64,000 bases of DNA from an uncultured cyanobacterium (GTDB lineage Bacteria > Cyanobacteriota > Cyanobacteriia > CAKZMO01), in NCBI GenBank assembly GCA_963719515.1, contig CAVRCJ010000011.1:320001-384000 (forward strand), given 5' to 3'. A model generated the notes under the pieces. That model was not told where the DNA came from, did no database searches, and saw only the letters and a program-made list of their open reading frames with translations. A program made the translations under genes and the position numbers. Positions 9,916 to 18,772 of the stretch are shown here, in pieces (positions within the stretch are counted from its first letter, which is position 1; the number at the start of each line of letters is the position of its first letter).

Positions 9916-10075
9916 GCAGACAATCTGTGCTTAATTTACTTAACTATAAACGGCCTTTACAGAACCCAATAATCTCAGGGGCTAGAATCACCGCCAAAAC
10001 AGCCGGTATCGCCATCAAAATTGCTAATCTATTCGATATGGTGACTCAATGGTCCGGCGACTAGAATCTGTTCTG

Positions 10076-11053
10076 CTATTGGACCAGCAGCTGAGCAAAC
10101 GCCTGAATGTCGACGTTCCCTCCGCTAACAATAACGCCGACTTTGGCCTCCGGAACTTCGATGGCTCTACTATACAGAGCTGAGGCCGCCAGCGCCCCTG
10201 TCGGTTCGACTATTAACTTTAAGCGCTCCCAAAGAAAGCGCGCGGTATCAAGAACGGCGCGATCGCCTACGCTAACCATATCGTGGACGTACTTCAAAAC
10301 CAAGGGGAAAGTAATCTGGCCTAGAGACGGCGTTCGAGCACCGTCACAGATTGTGTCCGGCGCGTGGACCGTCTGCAGGGTTTTGCTATAGAACGATCGC
10401 GTCGCGTCATCTGCCGCGGCAGGCTCCACCCCAATTACCCGGCAGCCGGGGCAAAGCTCACGGGCGGCGATCGCACAGCCCGACAGCAGTCCGCCCCCGC
10501 CGCAGCACACTAGCAGAGCGTCTAGCGGCCCCACGGTCTCGAAGAGCTCTTTGGCGGCGGTGCCCTGCCCCGCCACAATGTGGGGGTGGTCATACGGCGG
10601 AATCAGCACCGCTCCCCGCTCCTCAACCAGCTGCTGGCCCAGAGCCTCGCGGCTAATTTTTTCACGGTCATACAGCAGCACTTCCGCCCCGTAGCTTTCT
10701 GTGGCCTGACGTTTTACCTGGGGCGCATCTTTGGGCATGACTACCGTGGTGGCGATGCCCAACAGCCGCCCTGACAGCGCGATCGCCTGGGCGTGGTTTC
10801 CAGAAGAGAAAGTGAGCACCCCCCGACGTCTCGCCTCAGGGCTGAGCTGGCTCAAGGCGTTGTAGGCCCCGCGAAACTTGAATGAGCCGGTGCGCTGCAG
10901 GTTTTCACACTTAAAGTAGACGTCGCTGCCCACCCGCTGGTTGAAGCTGCGGCTCTGCATGACGGGGGTGAGGTGGGCGTGGCCCTCAAGGCGCTGGGCG
11001 GCGGCGAGGATATCGGAGTAGGAGACAGGCAGTGAGGCAGCGGGGTCGGTCAT
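10076..11053 (-). CDS. PLP-dependent serine/threonine dehydratase (ammonia-lyase) without a regulatory domain
   Basis: KCENLQRTGSFKFRGAYN, SSGNHAQ, GGGGLLSG, SGGNVD. Confidence 0.9.
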   Translation of the reverse strand: MTDPAASLPVSYSDILAAAQRLEGHAHLTPVMQSRSFNQRVGSDVYFKCENLQRTGSFKFRGAYNALSQLSPEARRRGVLTFSSGNHAQAIALSGRLLGIATTVVMPKDAPQVKRQATESYGAEVLLYDREKISREALGQQLVEERGAVLIPPYDHPHIVAGQGTAAKELFETVGPLDALLVCCGGGGLLSGCAIAARELCPGCRVIGVEPAAADDATRSFYSKTLQTVHAPDTICDGARTPSLGQITFPLVLKYVHDMVSVGDRAVLDTARFLWERLKLIVEPTGALAASALYSRAIEVPEAKVGVIVSGGNVDIQAFAQLLVQ

Positions 11054-11241
11054 GGGGATAAACCTTTGATGCTTATGATGCTCAACGTCAAGGGTATCGC
11101 GGGGCGATGTCTTAGAACCGGCCTATGCTGCTCTAGAGCAGATGCGCCAATCATCGCCATGGTTCTACTTGTGGATAGATTCACTGCAGACGCCGCCTGA
11201 CTAGTCTTTGAGTAAAGGACTTTATTGATAGGAAGGCGCTT

Positions 11242-12045
11242 GTGGAATTTGGCATTAAGGGAAAGGTCGCTTTGGTAACCGGGGGAGACTCCGGTATTGG
11301 ACGGGCGACGGCAAAGCTGCTCGCCGATGAAGGCGTAAAGATCGCGCTCCTCGACAAGACCAGCGACAAACTTCAGGACACCCTAGAAGAGGTAAAAACC
11401 GTCGGTGAGGCGATCGCCATCCAGGCGGACCTGCGGGATTTGAAGCAGGTGGAAGCGGCCAAAGACCGGATGATTGAGCAGTATGGCACCGTGGATATTT
11501 TGGTGAACTGCGCCGGCATTACCGGGGCTACGGGTAATTTTCTGGAAATCAGCGATGACGACTGGTACGAGGCGCTGGAAGTGGACCTGATGGCCGCCGT
11601 TCGGCTCTGTCGAGTCTTTATTCCAGTAATGCGCAAATCTGGCTGGGGACGGGTGGTGCTGATTTCCTCAGAGGATGCGGTGCAGCCCTACACCGACGAG
11701 ATGCCCTACTGCGCCGCCAAGGCCGGGGTACTCAACTTCGCCAAGAACCTCTCGAAGGCCTACGCCAAAGACGGGGTGCTGGTAAACTCGGTCTCCCCCG
11801 CCTTCATCGCCACCCCGATGACTGACGCCATGATGTCTAAGCGGGCAGACGAGAAAGGCACGAGCTTTGACGAGGCGATCGACACCTTCTTGAAAGAGAA
11901 GCGCCCCCACCTAGAGCTGCAGCGGCGCGGCAAGGCCCAAGAGGTGGCCGCTGTGATCGCCTTTTTGTGCTCCCAGCAGTCGAGCTTTGTGGTCGGTGCC
12001 AACTACCGTGTAGATGGCGGATCGGTAGCCACCATTCACGCCTAG
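11242..12045 (+). CDS. Short-chain dehydrogenase/reductase
   Basis: TGGDSGIG, LVNCAG, YCAAK, VDGG. Confidence 0.92.
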   Translation: MEFGIKGKVALVTGGDSGIGRATAKLLADEGVKIALLDKTSDKLQDTLEEVKTVGEAIAIQADLRDLKQVEAAKDRMIEQYGTVDILVNCAGITGATGNFLEISDDDWYEALEVDLMAAVRLCRVFIPVMRKSGWGRVVLISSEDAVQPYTDEMPYCAAKAGVLNFAKNLSKAYAKDGVLVNSVSPAFIATPMTDAMMSKRADEKGTSFDEAIDTFLKEKRPHLELQRRGKAQEVAAVIAFLCSQQSSFVVGANYRVDGGSVATIHA

Positions 12046-12053
12046 CACTGGTT

Positions 12054-14324
12054 TTAAGCACGGCGGGTCGTCTGCAGCCGCTTGAGCTGCCCCCGCATTT
12101 GCTCAATATCTGCTGGAAGACCGCCGTAGCGCCAACGCACATACTCTTGGGACAGCGCCGCTACCGCATCTGCCGCCGGGGCAGGAAGGTGGAGGCGCAC
12201 CAGCGCTACGTATTCTTGCGGAGTTTGGGAGGCGCGCTTACGGACGCCGCGATCGCTCAGTAAGGCCACCATACGCTGATAGGCCGCCTCAGGGGGGGGC
12301 AGTCGCCGCAGCTGCCATCCGCGCCGCAGCCGCTGACCGCCCAGCCACAAGATCCAAGCTCCGATCCCTAGCCCCAGCAGCGCCAGCGCCCCTTTGACGA
12401 GGCCGAGACCGCCGGAGAGCAGCGCCTTGAGCCACCCCAGGGCGCTGCCGGCCAGCTCGACCATCAGGCCCACAGCGCCGCGAATCCAGCCGAGAACCGG
12501 AGGGGGTAGCCAGCCCGCCACCCAGCGCCAAAACTGCCGCAGCACCCCAAACCGCTCAGGCTCATGCGAAGACAGGGGAACGGTCTCATGGCCCGGGATA
12601 GGGTCGAAGGCAAACCAGCCCGCCTCCCCAAAGTAGACCTCTGTCAGCGCGTAGGCATCCGTGTTGCGCACGACGTAGAGCCCCGTGAACGGGTTAAATT
12701 CTCCCGGCGCAAACCCCGTAACTAACCGCGCTGGAACGCCGATGGAGCGCAGCATAATGGTCAGCACCGTAGAGAAGTGATCGGGCTGACCGCCGCTGTG
12801 GTCGAATAGAAAGGCGCTGACTAAATCATCGCCCTCCGCGAAAAACGGTAGCTCTTCCTTAAGGGCGTAGTTTTGCTTGAGGTGCTGGGCTAAATAGAGG
12901 GCCTGTTCATAGGGCTGGGTTACCGGGTTAGGGGCATTGCTTAGGATATCCTGCGTTAGCTCGCGCACCGCCGGTAAAATTTCCTCGGGCACCTGTAGAT
13001 ATCGTCGCTGGACCGCTTCTGGATAATCGGTATCGGCCTGGTTGAGCCGGGTGCGATCGCGGCGGGGCACTTCAGAGACCACGGTGTAGGTGATGCCATC
13101 GGATAAGGCAATGGGCGATCGCAGGCTTCCCTCCGTATCGACCGCCACCTGGTCCAAAGGAAAGTAGAGCTGAGCGGCCTGATAGAGGGCCGGCAGCAGA
13201 TTGGGAAAATCGGCGGCGATCGTGTAGGTCTGCACCACCTCTCGCCCTGATACAGCGGGGTTTCGAGGCAGGTAGAACTGCAGCGCCCAGCGAGGCCGCG
13301 ACAAAACTGCTATCTCCTCGTCGTAGAGCGACTCCCACCCGAGACCGGTGTAGCGCTCGAAAGCCAGCACCCGCCAAAACCCCGGAGACTGCGCCCTAAC
13401 CCGCATCACCACCTGCGGCGTCATTTCTCCCCGCAGGTTTTGGTTCATGCGGCTGTTGAAGCCATAGTAGGAAAATTCGTCGACTGTTCCAGGTGCGCCA
13501 GCGCTGCCGGTGTCTGAAAAGGACCTCCCTCTACCGTCTCCGTCCTCCCCACCCCGGCTATAGGCTGGATTATTGATCGCTTGTCCGTCAAAGGTGCCGT
13601 TAAAATCGATGGCTTCGCTAACCGGCAGCGAGCGAATCTGATAGCTGCCGAGGCGGGGTAGGGCAGCAAAAATCACCAGTCCGATGGCGAGAACCGCTGC
13701 CAACATAAGACTCCACTGCCGCAGCGGTAGGGCCATCGTCCACGCTCGCGGCCGCGCCGATGCCGTCAGCCCCAGCCGCGAGCGGTAGTCTAAAGCCAGC
13801 GTCGGCAGGCCAACGGCAATGAACAACAGCAGCAGCGGCCCGAAGGTGAGGGTTTGGCTGAGGGTGGCCGCCACCCCCATCAAGATTAGGCCGATAACGA
13901 TGGAGTAGCCCAGATCTTTGCGGCGCGGCAGGTCAAAGCTGTGAAGCACCTGAAGATGAATCAGCAGCTCGGCCAGCGCCAGACGGGTGTCGGCCTGTCC
14001 CGCCGCCAGCTGGCTTAAGAAGAAGCCCAGCGCCACTACCATACCCAAGGCGATCGCCCCCTGGACAAACCGCCTTGGCCGGTGGCGGGTGCGCCAGCTC
14101 CAGAACGCCCCCAAGCCCCCCATTGGGACAGCCCAGAAGCTAACACCCAGGGCATCTGCAGCATCCGCTGCCGTGAGATCTGTAGCGATGATCCCGATGG
14201 TGACTAAAACTTGAACAAAAATCCGCAGGCGCAGCGAATTTTCAGGCTGAAGCGGCGATCGCGAGCCAAGGCGCTGCTGTAAACGCCTGAGCCAAGCTCT
14301 GGGCTGGGCTAGCTGTGAAACCAT
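12054..14324 (-). CDS. TgpA-like membrane protein (DUF3488 + transglutaminase-like + DUF4129)
   Basis: N-terminal TM bundle, HSFDLPRRKDL, LRSIGVPARLVTGF, GWFAFDP, C-terminal YVRWRYG. Confidence 0.85.
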   Translation of the reverse strand: MVSQLAQPRAWLRRLQQRLGSRSPLQPENSLRLRIFVQVLVTIGIIATDLTAADAADALGVSFWAVPMGGLGAFWSWRTRHRPRRFVQGAIALGMVVALGFFLSQLAAGQADTRLALAELLIHLQVLHSFDLPRRKDLGYSIVIGLILMGVAATLSQTLTFGPLLLLFIAVGLPTLALDYRSRLGLTASARPRAWTMALPLRQWSLMLAAVLAIGLVIFAALPRLGSYQIRSLPVSEAIDFNGTFDGQAINNPAYSRGGEDGDGRGRSFSDTGSAGAPGTVDEFSYYGFNSRMNQNLRGEMTPQVVMRVRAQSPGFWRVLAFERYTGLGWESLYDEEIAVLSRPRWALQFYLPRNPAVSGREVVQTYTIAADFPNLLPALYQAAQLYFPLDQVAVDTEGSLRSPIALSDGITYTVVSEVPRRDRTRLNQADTDYPEAVQRRYLQVPEEILPAVRELTQDILSNAPNPVTQPYEQALYLAQHLKQNYALKEELPFFAEGDDLVSAFLFDHSGGQPDHFSTVLTIMLRSIGVPARLVTGFAPGEFNPFTGLYVVRNTDAYALTEVYFGEAGWFAFDPIPGHETVPLSSHEPERFGVLRQFWRWVAGWLPPPVLGWIRGAVGLMVELAGSALGWLKALLSGGLGLVKGALALLGLGIGAWILWLGGQRLRRGWQLRRLPPPEAAYQRMVALLSDRGVRKRASQTPQEYVALVRLHLPAPAADAVAALSQEYVRWRYGGLPADIEQMRGQLKRLQTTRRA

Positions 14325-14329
14325 ATACA

Positions 14330-14363
14330 AAACTGGGAGCTAGTTCGAGCTAGCTCCCAGTTT
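14330..14363. terminator. Perfect hairpin after patU
   Basis: AAACTGGGAGCTAG-TTCGAG-CTAGCTCCCAGTTT. Confidence 0.65.
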
Positions 14364-14428
14364 ACGCGCTTTGACGTTCGAATGGCTTGATGAAGCTGAC
14401 GCTATCAACAGACCCGAATCGGTCAGCC

Positions 14429-15301
14429 CTAGGCGACCTGCAGAGAAAAGGTCAAGGAGTGCTCCTCGCCATCTAAATAGACCTCCAAGATACAGGTATC
14501 ACCCGCAGTCAGGTCAAATAGGTCTACATTCAGCGTTCCCTGAGACGATCGCTGGGCCTGAGCGCGGCGCTCATCGCCGCACCGCAGTTCAGCTCGACCA
14601 CTGCAGGGCATCTTAATATCGACGCAAAGCTGGCGATCTGGGGTGGGCTTATACGCCGCTAGCAAGGTCAGAGGACCACTGTCCGTCATCCACTGGCGCT
14701 CTATTCGGGGCTGCTCCGCTGAGACCGTCAGAGTCAAAAGAGCCAGCATCTCGCGAACGGCCAACAGCGACAGCGCCATCTTCTGAGTTGAGGTGGCGTC
14801 GTCGTAGTGATCGGGAAATCCGCTAGATTGAGCCGTCTCTGGGAGCAGCGTAGCGGCCCGGGGGGCAGAGGCAAGCACCAGTCCAGCGAGGTGATTCAGA
14901 CTTTCTGAGTGCCCCGGAAATAGAGGCTCTACGATATCTACGAGCTGACGGCCAATTTGGGCTGAGTCCTGGGCCAGCCTTTGGCAGCGCTCCATCAGCG
15001 TAACTAGAAGCTGCTCCGACATCGTCACAGGCAGCTGACGCTGAATTTGCTTGAGCCAGAACTGACTCGAAACAATATTCGTGCGCAAGCAGTCTGCTTC
15101 CTCAGCACCGTACTCATGGATTTCGGATTCCCAGGGGAACAGGGGAGGGTTTTGCTCAATTTCGACCTGTAGTCGACGCTTTAGCAGAGCGTGAAATCGA
15201 TCTTGCACAGCAGGTATCTCTCCAACGTTGACGAATGAAAATTGCTCTAGCGGTGCCGCGCTAAAGACCTTCGAACCGATTGGCTTGGTATTGACTAACA
15301 C
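14429..15301 (-). CDS. patU: PatU (PatU3-like) protein
   Basis: GEIPAVQDRFHALLKRRLQVEIEQNPPLFPWE motif; lies downstream of hetZ; start uncertain. Confidence 0.78.
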   Translation of the reverse strand: MLVNTKPIGSKVFSAAPLEQFSFVNVGEIPAVQDRFHALLKRRLQVEIEQNPPLFPWESEIHEYGAEEADCLRTNIVSSQFWLKQIQRQLPVTMSEQLLVTLMERCQRLAQDSAQIGRQLVDIVEPLFPGHSESLNHLAGLVLASAPRAATLLPETAQSSGFPDHYDDATSTQKMALSLLAVREMLALLTLTVSAEQPRIERQWMTDSGPLTLLAAYKPTPDRQLCVDIKMPCSGRAELRCGDERRAQAQRSSQGTLNVDLFDLTAGDTCILEVYLDGEEHSLTFSLQVA

Positions 15302-15497
15302 GGCTAGTATCTAAAACGGTGAATGAATCGTAGTTCTCAGTACAGCGCTTCCCTTGACCGTAACCCTGCGCCAGCGATCGCGCTGGCCTCCCCTGATGGA
15401 ATCCCTGATGACGTGAAGGTCGTGGCGGAAACGAGATAGCGCTAAATCGACCTTGTCCCGGAATATACTGAGACAAGCGACTCAGCGACATCTGCAT
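15261..15497 (-). CDS. Small ORF in the patU5 position (78 aa), or a frameshifted PatU N-terminus
   Basis: ATG 2 nt after the hetZ stop; 3' end overlaps the patU ORF by 41 nt; positional evidence only. Confidence 0.4.
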   Translation of the reverse strand: MQMSLSRLSQYIPGQGRFSAISFPPRPSRHQGFHQGRPARSLAQGYGQGKRCTENYDSFTVLDTSRVSQYQANRFEGL

Positions 15498-15499
15498 CT

Positions 15500-16693
15500 C
15501 TATTCGTCTTCCTGTGGCGGTGCTCCGGACAGTAAATCGTTTCGAATGTTCCACGCTTTTTCCAAAATTTTAGACCACTGCTTCTGAAGCTGAGTGTGGG
15601 TGCAGCCCACCTCTCGGGTAATTGCCTTATCGCTCCAGCCCTCTTGCTTGTATCGCAGGGTATCTTGCTGCAGAGCGCTCAAGCCTTGCTGGAAGGTTTG
15701 CCATTGGTAAGGCGTAAGGCCAAAGTTCCGCTCTAGATCAGCTTCGAGCCACTGATGGACTAGCTCCCAGTGGTGGGACATGGAAAACCGAATCAGATGG
15801 TACTTGAAGCGCTGCTGGAGATAATCCCGCTTTCGAGAGGTCAAGCCCAGTATGGCTTCGATTTCGTGAGCCGGTAGGTCTTGCAGGCGCAAAACAAAGT
15901 AGTCTGCACAGTCTTCCTGATTTTTTTCCTCAAGGTAGCTGAGCAGTTTATCGACCACAATATCCCGCAGGGAGTCTTCAGGAGACTTGGGTTCTAGGGC
16001 AACCATTTGCTCCCTTACCTGCTGCAGCGGGGCCGATCCCCAGCCTTGATCTGAGTCAGAGCTACCGCCGTCAGCGGCCTGCTCAATGTCTACCATCATC
16101 TCGGGAGGCTGCTGCCGCGAGAACGTTTGAGCCCGCAGGATAATCAGCTGCTGACTGCGATGCCTCGGCAGGGGAATGCGGCGCTTTCCGTATCGCTCGG
16201 TGAAAGCCATGTATTCAGAGAGTTCGAGCAGCGTTCGAGGGCGGTAGGTTGCGAGCAGGTCGCTCTCCCGCCTGAACGCGTTGAGCGCCTCGACGTAAAA
16301 ATTTTGAAGAAAGTCCTCGATTAGCGTCAGCCTGGCCTGATAGCTCGATTGGACCTGGGGCGGCGTGATATACCGGTAGATGACCGCGCTCAGCGTGCCG
16401 TGTAGGTCAACCCGTCCCTGCCTTGACCCCAAGCGATAGTATTTGAGACATTGATTAAGACGGTGCTTGGCCAGGTTCATCATCCAGACGTCTACTTCGC
16501 CTGACGCTTGAATCCGCTGACTCTCAGAGCAAATTCGAGAGACTTCGTCGGCGATTCGATGCGCAACCTGACGACAGTTTTTTTCCGATGCCTTCGTCGC
16601 TTGCTGAAACTCATCGATGAGAAATTGAATCGTGGAATCCACGCCCTGGGTGCTGTCTCCCTGATGCTGAATGGCTATCACAATGCTATACAC
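15500..16693 (-). CDS. hetZ: HetZ-family HTH protein
   Basis: YYRLGSRQGRVDLHGTLSAVIYRYI, LIEDFLQNFYVEALNAFRRE, ILGLTSRKRDYLQQRFKYH, HHWELVHQWL. Confidence 0.88.
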   Translation of the reverse strand: MYSIVIAIQHQGDSTQGVDSTIQFLIDEFQQATKASEKNCRQVAHRIADEVSRICSESQRIQASGEVDVWMMNLAKHRLNQCLKYYRLGSRQGRVDLHGTLSAVIYRYITPPQVQSSYQARLTLIEDFLQNFYVEALNAFRRESDLLATYRPRTLLELSEYMAFTERYGKRRIPLPRHRSQQLIILRAQTFSRQQPPEMMVDIEQAADGGSSDSDQGWGSAPLQQVREQMVALEPKSPEDSLRDIVVDKLLSYLEEKNQEDCADYFVLRLQDLPAHEIEAILGLTSRKRDYLQQRFKYHLIRFSMSHHWELVHQWLEADLERNFGLTPYQWQTFQQGLSALQQDTLRYKQEGWSDKAITREVGCTHTQLQKQWSKILEKAWNIRNDLLSGAPPQEDE

Positions 16694-16723
16694 TCTCTAA
16701 AAACGGCAATGAATGGCAGAAGG

Positions 16724-16741
16724 ATTCGGTCTAGACTGAAT
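16724..16741. promoter_or_regulatory. 18-bp near-palindrome upstream of hetZ (candidate operator)
   Basis: ATTCGGTCTAGACTGAAT, with one mismatched pair. Confidence 0.45.
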
Positions 16742-16823
16742 TAAGATGATGCCGCAGTATTTATACAGCGCTAGCCCTATGGCGCTACTGACTTATAGCG
16801 CTACAGTGACACCGACATAATTC

Positions 16824-17297
16824 ATGGATCTAGATCAGCAAATCCAAGTTTTGATTGATAGCGCACCCGAAGACGGAGTAACCCCAGCTATGATAGCGAC
16901 CATTGCTCCAGTCATTAAGACCGTTGCCGCTCAGCTCGTTCATCCGCAATACTACTTACTGCAAACCCTTGACAATGGCTGGCTAATGACGACTTTAGGT
17001 CATCATTCCCAAACCGGCGTTGAGAAAAACGTGATCTACGCTTATCCGACACTGGAAGATGCTCGGTCAGGGTCTAAAGCGACCCAAGACCCCCAAATAA
17101 TGGCCCTACCGATTCCCGTAACGCATGTTCTATTTCAAATGCTAGCGATGAAAGTGATCCACAGCATTATCTTCCTTCAAACCTCCAATAATCTTCAAGA
17201 TGGCATTGAAGTCCCCCGCGAAAGACTTGAGCAGCTCATAAAACATCATGTTCGAAACCAACGCGGTAACAACCAAGCCCCGAACAATTTCGCCTAA
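16824..17297 (+). CDS. Conserved cyanobacterial hypothetical protein
   Basis: MDLDQQIQVLIDSAPEDG..., KNVIYAYPTLEDA, PIPVTHVLFQ; clean 157-aa ORF divergent from hetZ. Confidence 0.8.
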   Translation: MDLDQQIQVLIDSAPEDGVTPAMIATIAPVIKTVAAQLVHPQYYLLQTLDNGWLMTTLGHHSQTGVEKNVIYAYPTLEDARSGSKATQDPQIMALPIPVTHVLFQMLAMKVIHSIIFLQTSNNLQDGIEVPRERLEQLIKHHVRNQRGNNQAPNNFA

Positions 17298-17826
17298 CGC
17301 AAGCCATGCTTTGGTTCTAGGCATTAATTATAGGCGGTCTTTTGAGAGATGGGTACTAGCATATTGCTATAGCAGCGTAACTATTGATACCAAGATTTTG
17401 ACAAATTTAACGGATACCTACGGATGAGCCGCTTTTACGGCGTCTTTACACAAAAAGAGTCCATTACCGCTGAAAAGGTTCCTGCAACATTTGGTTACAT
17501 TGTTAAGACTTGAAAGGGCGATCGCTCTTTCAAGCTCGAATTGTTCTCGTCTTGAATCCTATCAGCGGGTCGGTTTGCTGGATTTGCTATTGCCAGTTCA
17601 TCATTTATTGGGCCTTGCTTCTCCACAAAGGTGTATTGACGTAACCGTATTATCGGTTGAACTATGTAGGTACTCTTGCTCATAGTGGGCGTCTTCATTA
17701 AGGTGCGTAGCGCCAGTCAACGCCCAGAGAGCGATCAACCGCTGCGGTCTGTTGAAGTACAGCTGTTGCCGCTAGCGCTAGCGATAATTTGCCACTCACT
17801 GACTAAAACCTCATAGGAAGGGTGCT

Positions 17827-18771
17827 ATGGAAGATGTGACCTCCGCGACGTCAGCGCCGCTGACCAGCGCTAGCGACGCAACGTTGGTGTTTGACTGCTG
17901 CGAGACGGCAGGGACCCCAGGCGCGACGGGATCTATCTCAGAGTTGCGAGGAACGCTGCAGTCGATCTGCTGGCAAACCTCTACGCTAGGCGGTCTAGCG
18001 CCGTCGCCGACGGTGACGCAGCAGCTCCCCTACCTGCACGTCGGGCTAGACGATATTGGCTGTCAAGGTGACGGACGGGGCTCAGGGGAGTTTCTTCTGG
18101 TGAGGCGCAACCGGAGCCAGCGCCTAGCAACGTTTAGGCCCATTCCCGTACTGGGTCATACTCAACGCAGCTACCACCCCTGGCAGATGACCTATGCTTA
18201 CTTGACGTCAGCTTTCGACTGGGACGATCTGCAAACGGCTTACGGCGGTACAGAGGTCCTCCGATTTCTGGGCGATCGCACCCAGCAGCTCAATCGACTG
18301 CTCGCCGAAACGGTCAAAGCGCCTTGGTCATCATCCTGTAGCTACCTGTGCGATGCCGTTGCCGCCGCAATTGGCATTTGTCGCCAGCAGGCCACTTACC
18401 GAGGGCAGGGGGGGCTAGAGTTACGGAGGCTCTTGACGCCTAAAGCATTGCGCAGCGCTAGAAGCAGCCCCTATTCGCTCAAAATTCGGCTGCTCTATCA
18501 GCAAGAGCAGCCGCTTCCGTACTTAGAGCCCCGACCGATGTGGGAGCGCCTCCTAGAAGATGTGCAGGAAGGAGAGCCCCCAACCGCGATCGCAGGCCGG
18601 TTTTACCTAGGGCTCATTCAGGGCATTTCCGACATGGTCCACCTATTGAGTGAGGCCCACCAGATCAGCCATGTGTCGCTCTCCGGTCGCCTGCTGCAGA
18701 ATCCGCTGTTGGCCTACCAGCTAAAGCAGTCTCTCGCTAAGATGACGCCGCAGCTGAAACAAGTGGCATAG
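17827..18771 (+). CDS. Divergent HypF C-terminal (Kae1-like) domain protein
   Basis: HypF-like blocks GEFLL, RLATFRP, SSSC..LCDAVAAAIGIC, PMWERLLED, IAGRF..GL, VSLSGRLLQN; purine-rich RBS AGGAAGGG upstream. Confidence 0.7.
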   Translation: MEDVTSATSAPLTSASDATLVFDCCETAGTPGATGSISELRGTLQSICWQTSTLGGLAPSPTVTQQLPYLHVGLDDIGCQGDGRGSGEFLLVRRNRSQRLATFRPIPVLGHTQRSYHPWQMTYAYLTSAFDWDDLQTAYGGTEVLRFLGDRTQQLNRLLAETVKAPWSSSCSYLCDAVAAAIGICRQQATYRGQGGLELRRLLTPKALRSARSSPYSLKIRLLYQQEQPLPYLEPRPMWERLLEDVQEGEPPTAIAGRFYLGLIQGISDMVHLLSEAHQISHVSLSGRLLQNPLLAYQLKQSLAKMTPQLKQVA

Positions 18772-18772
18772 C

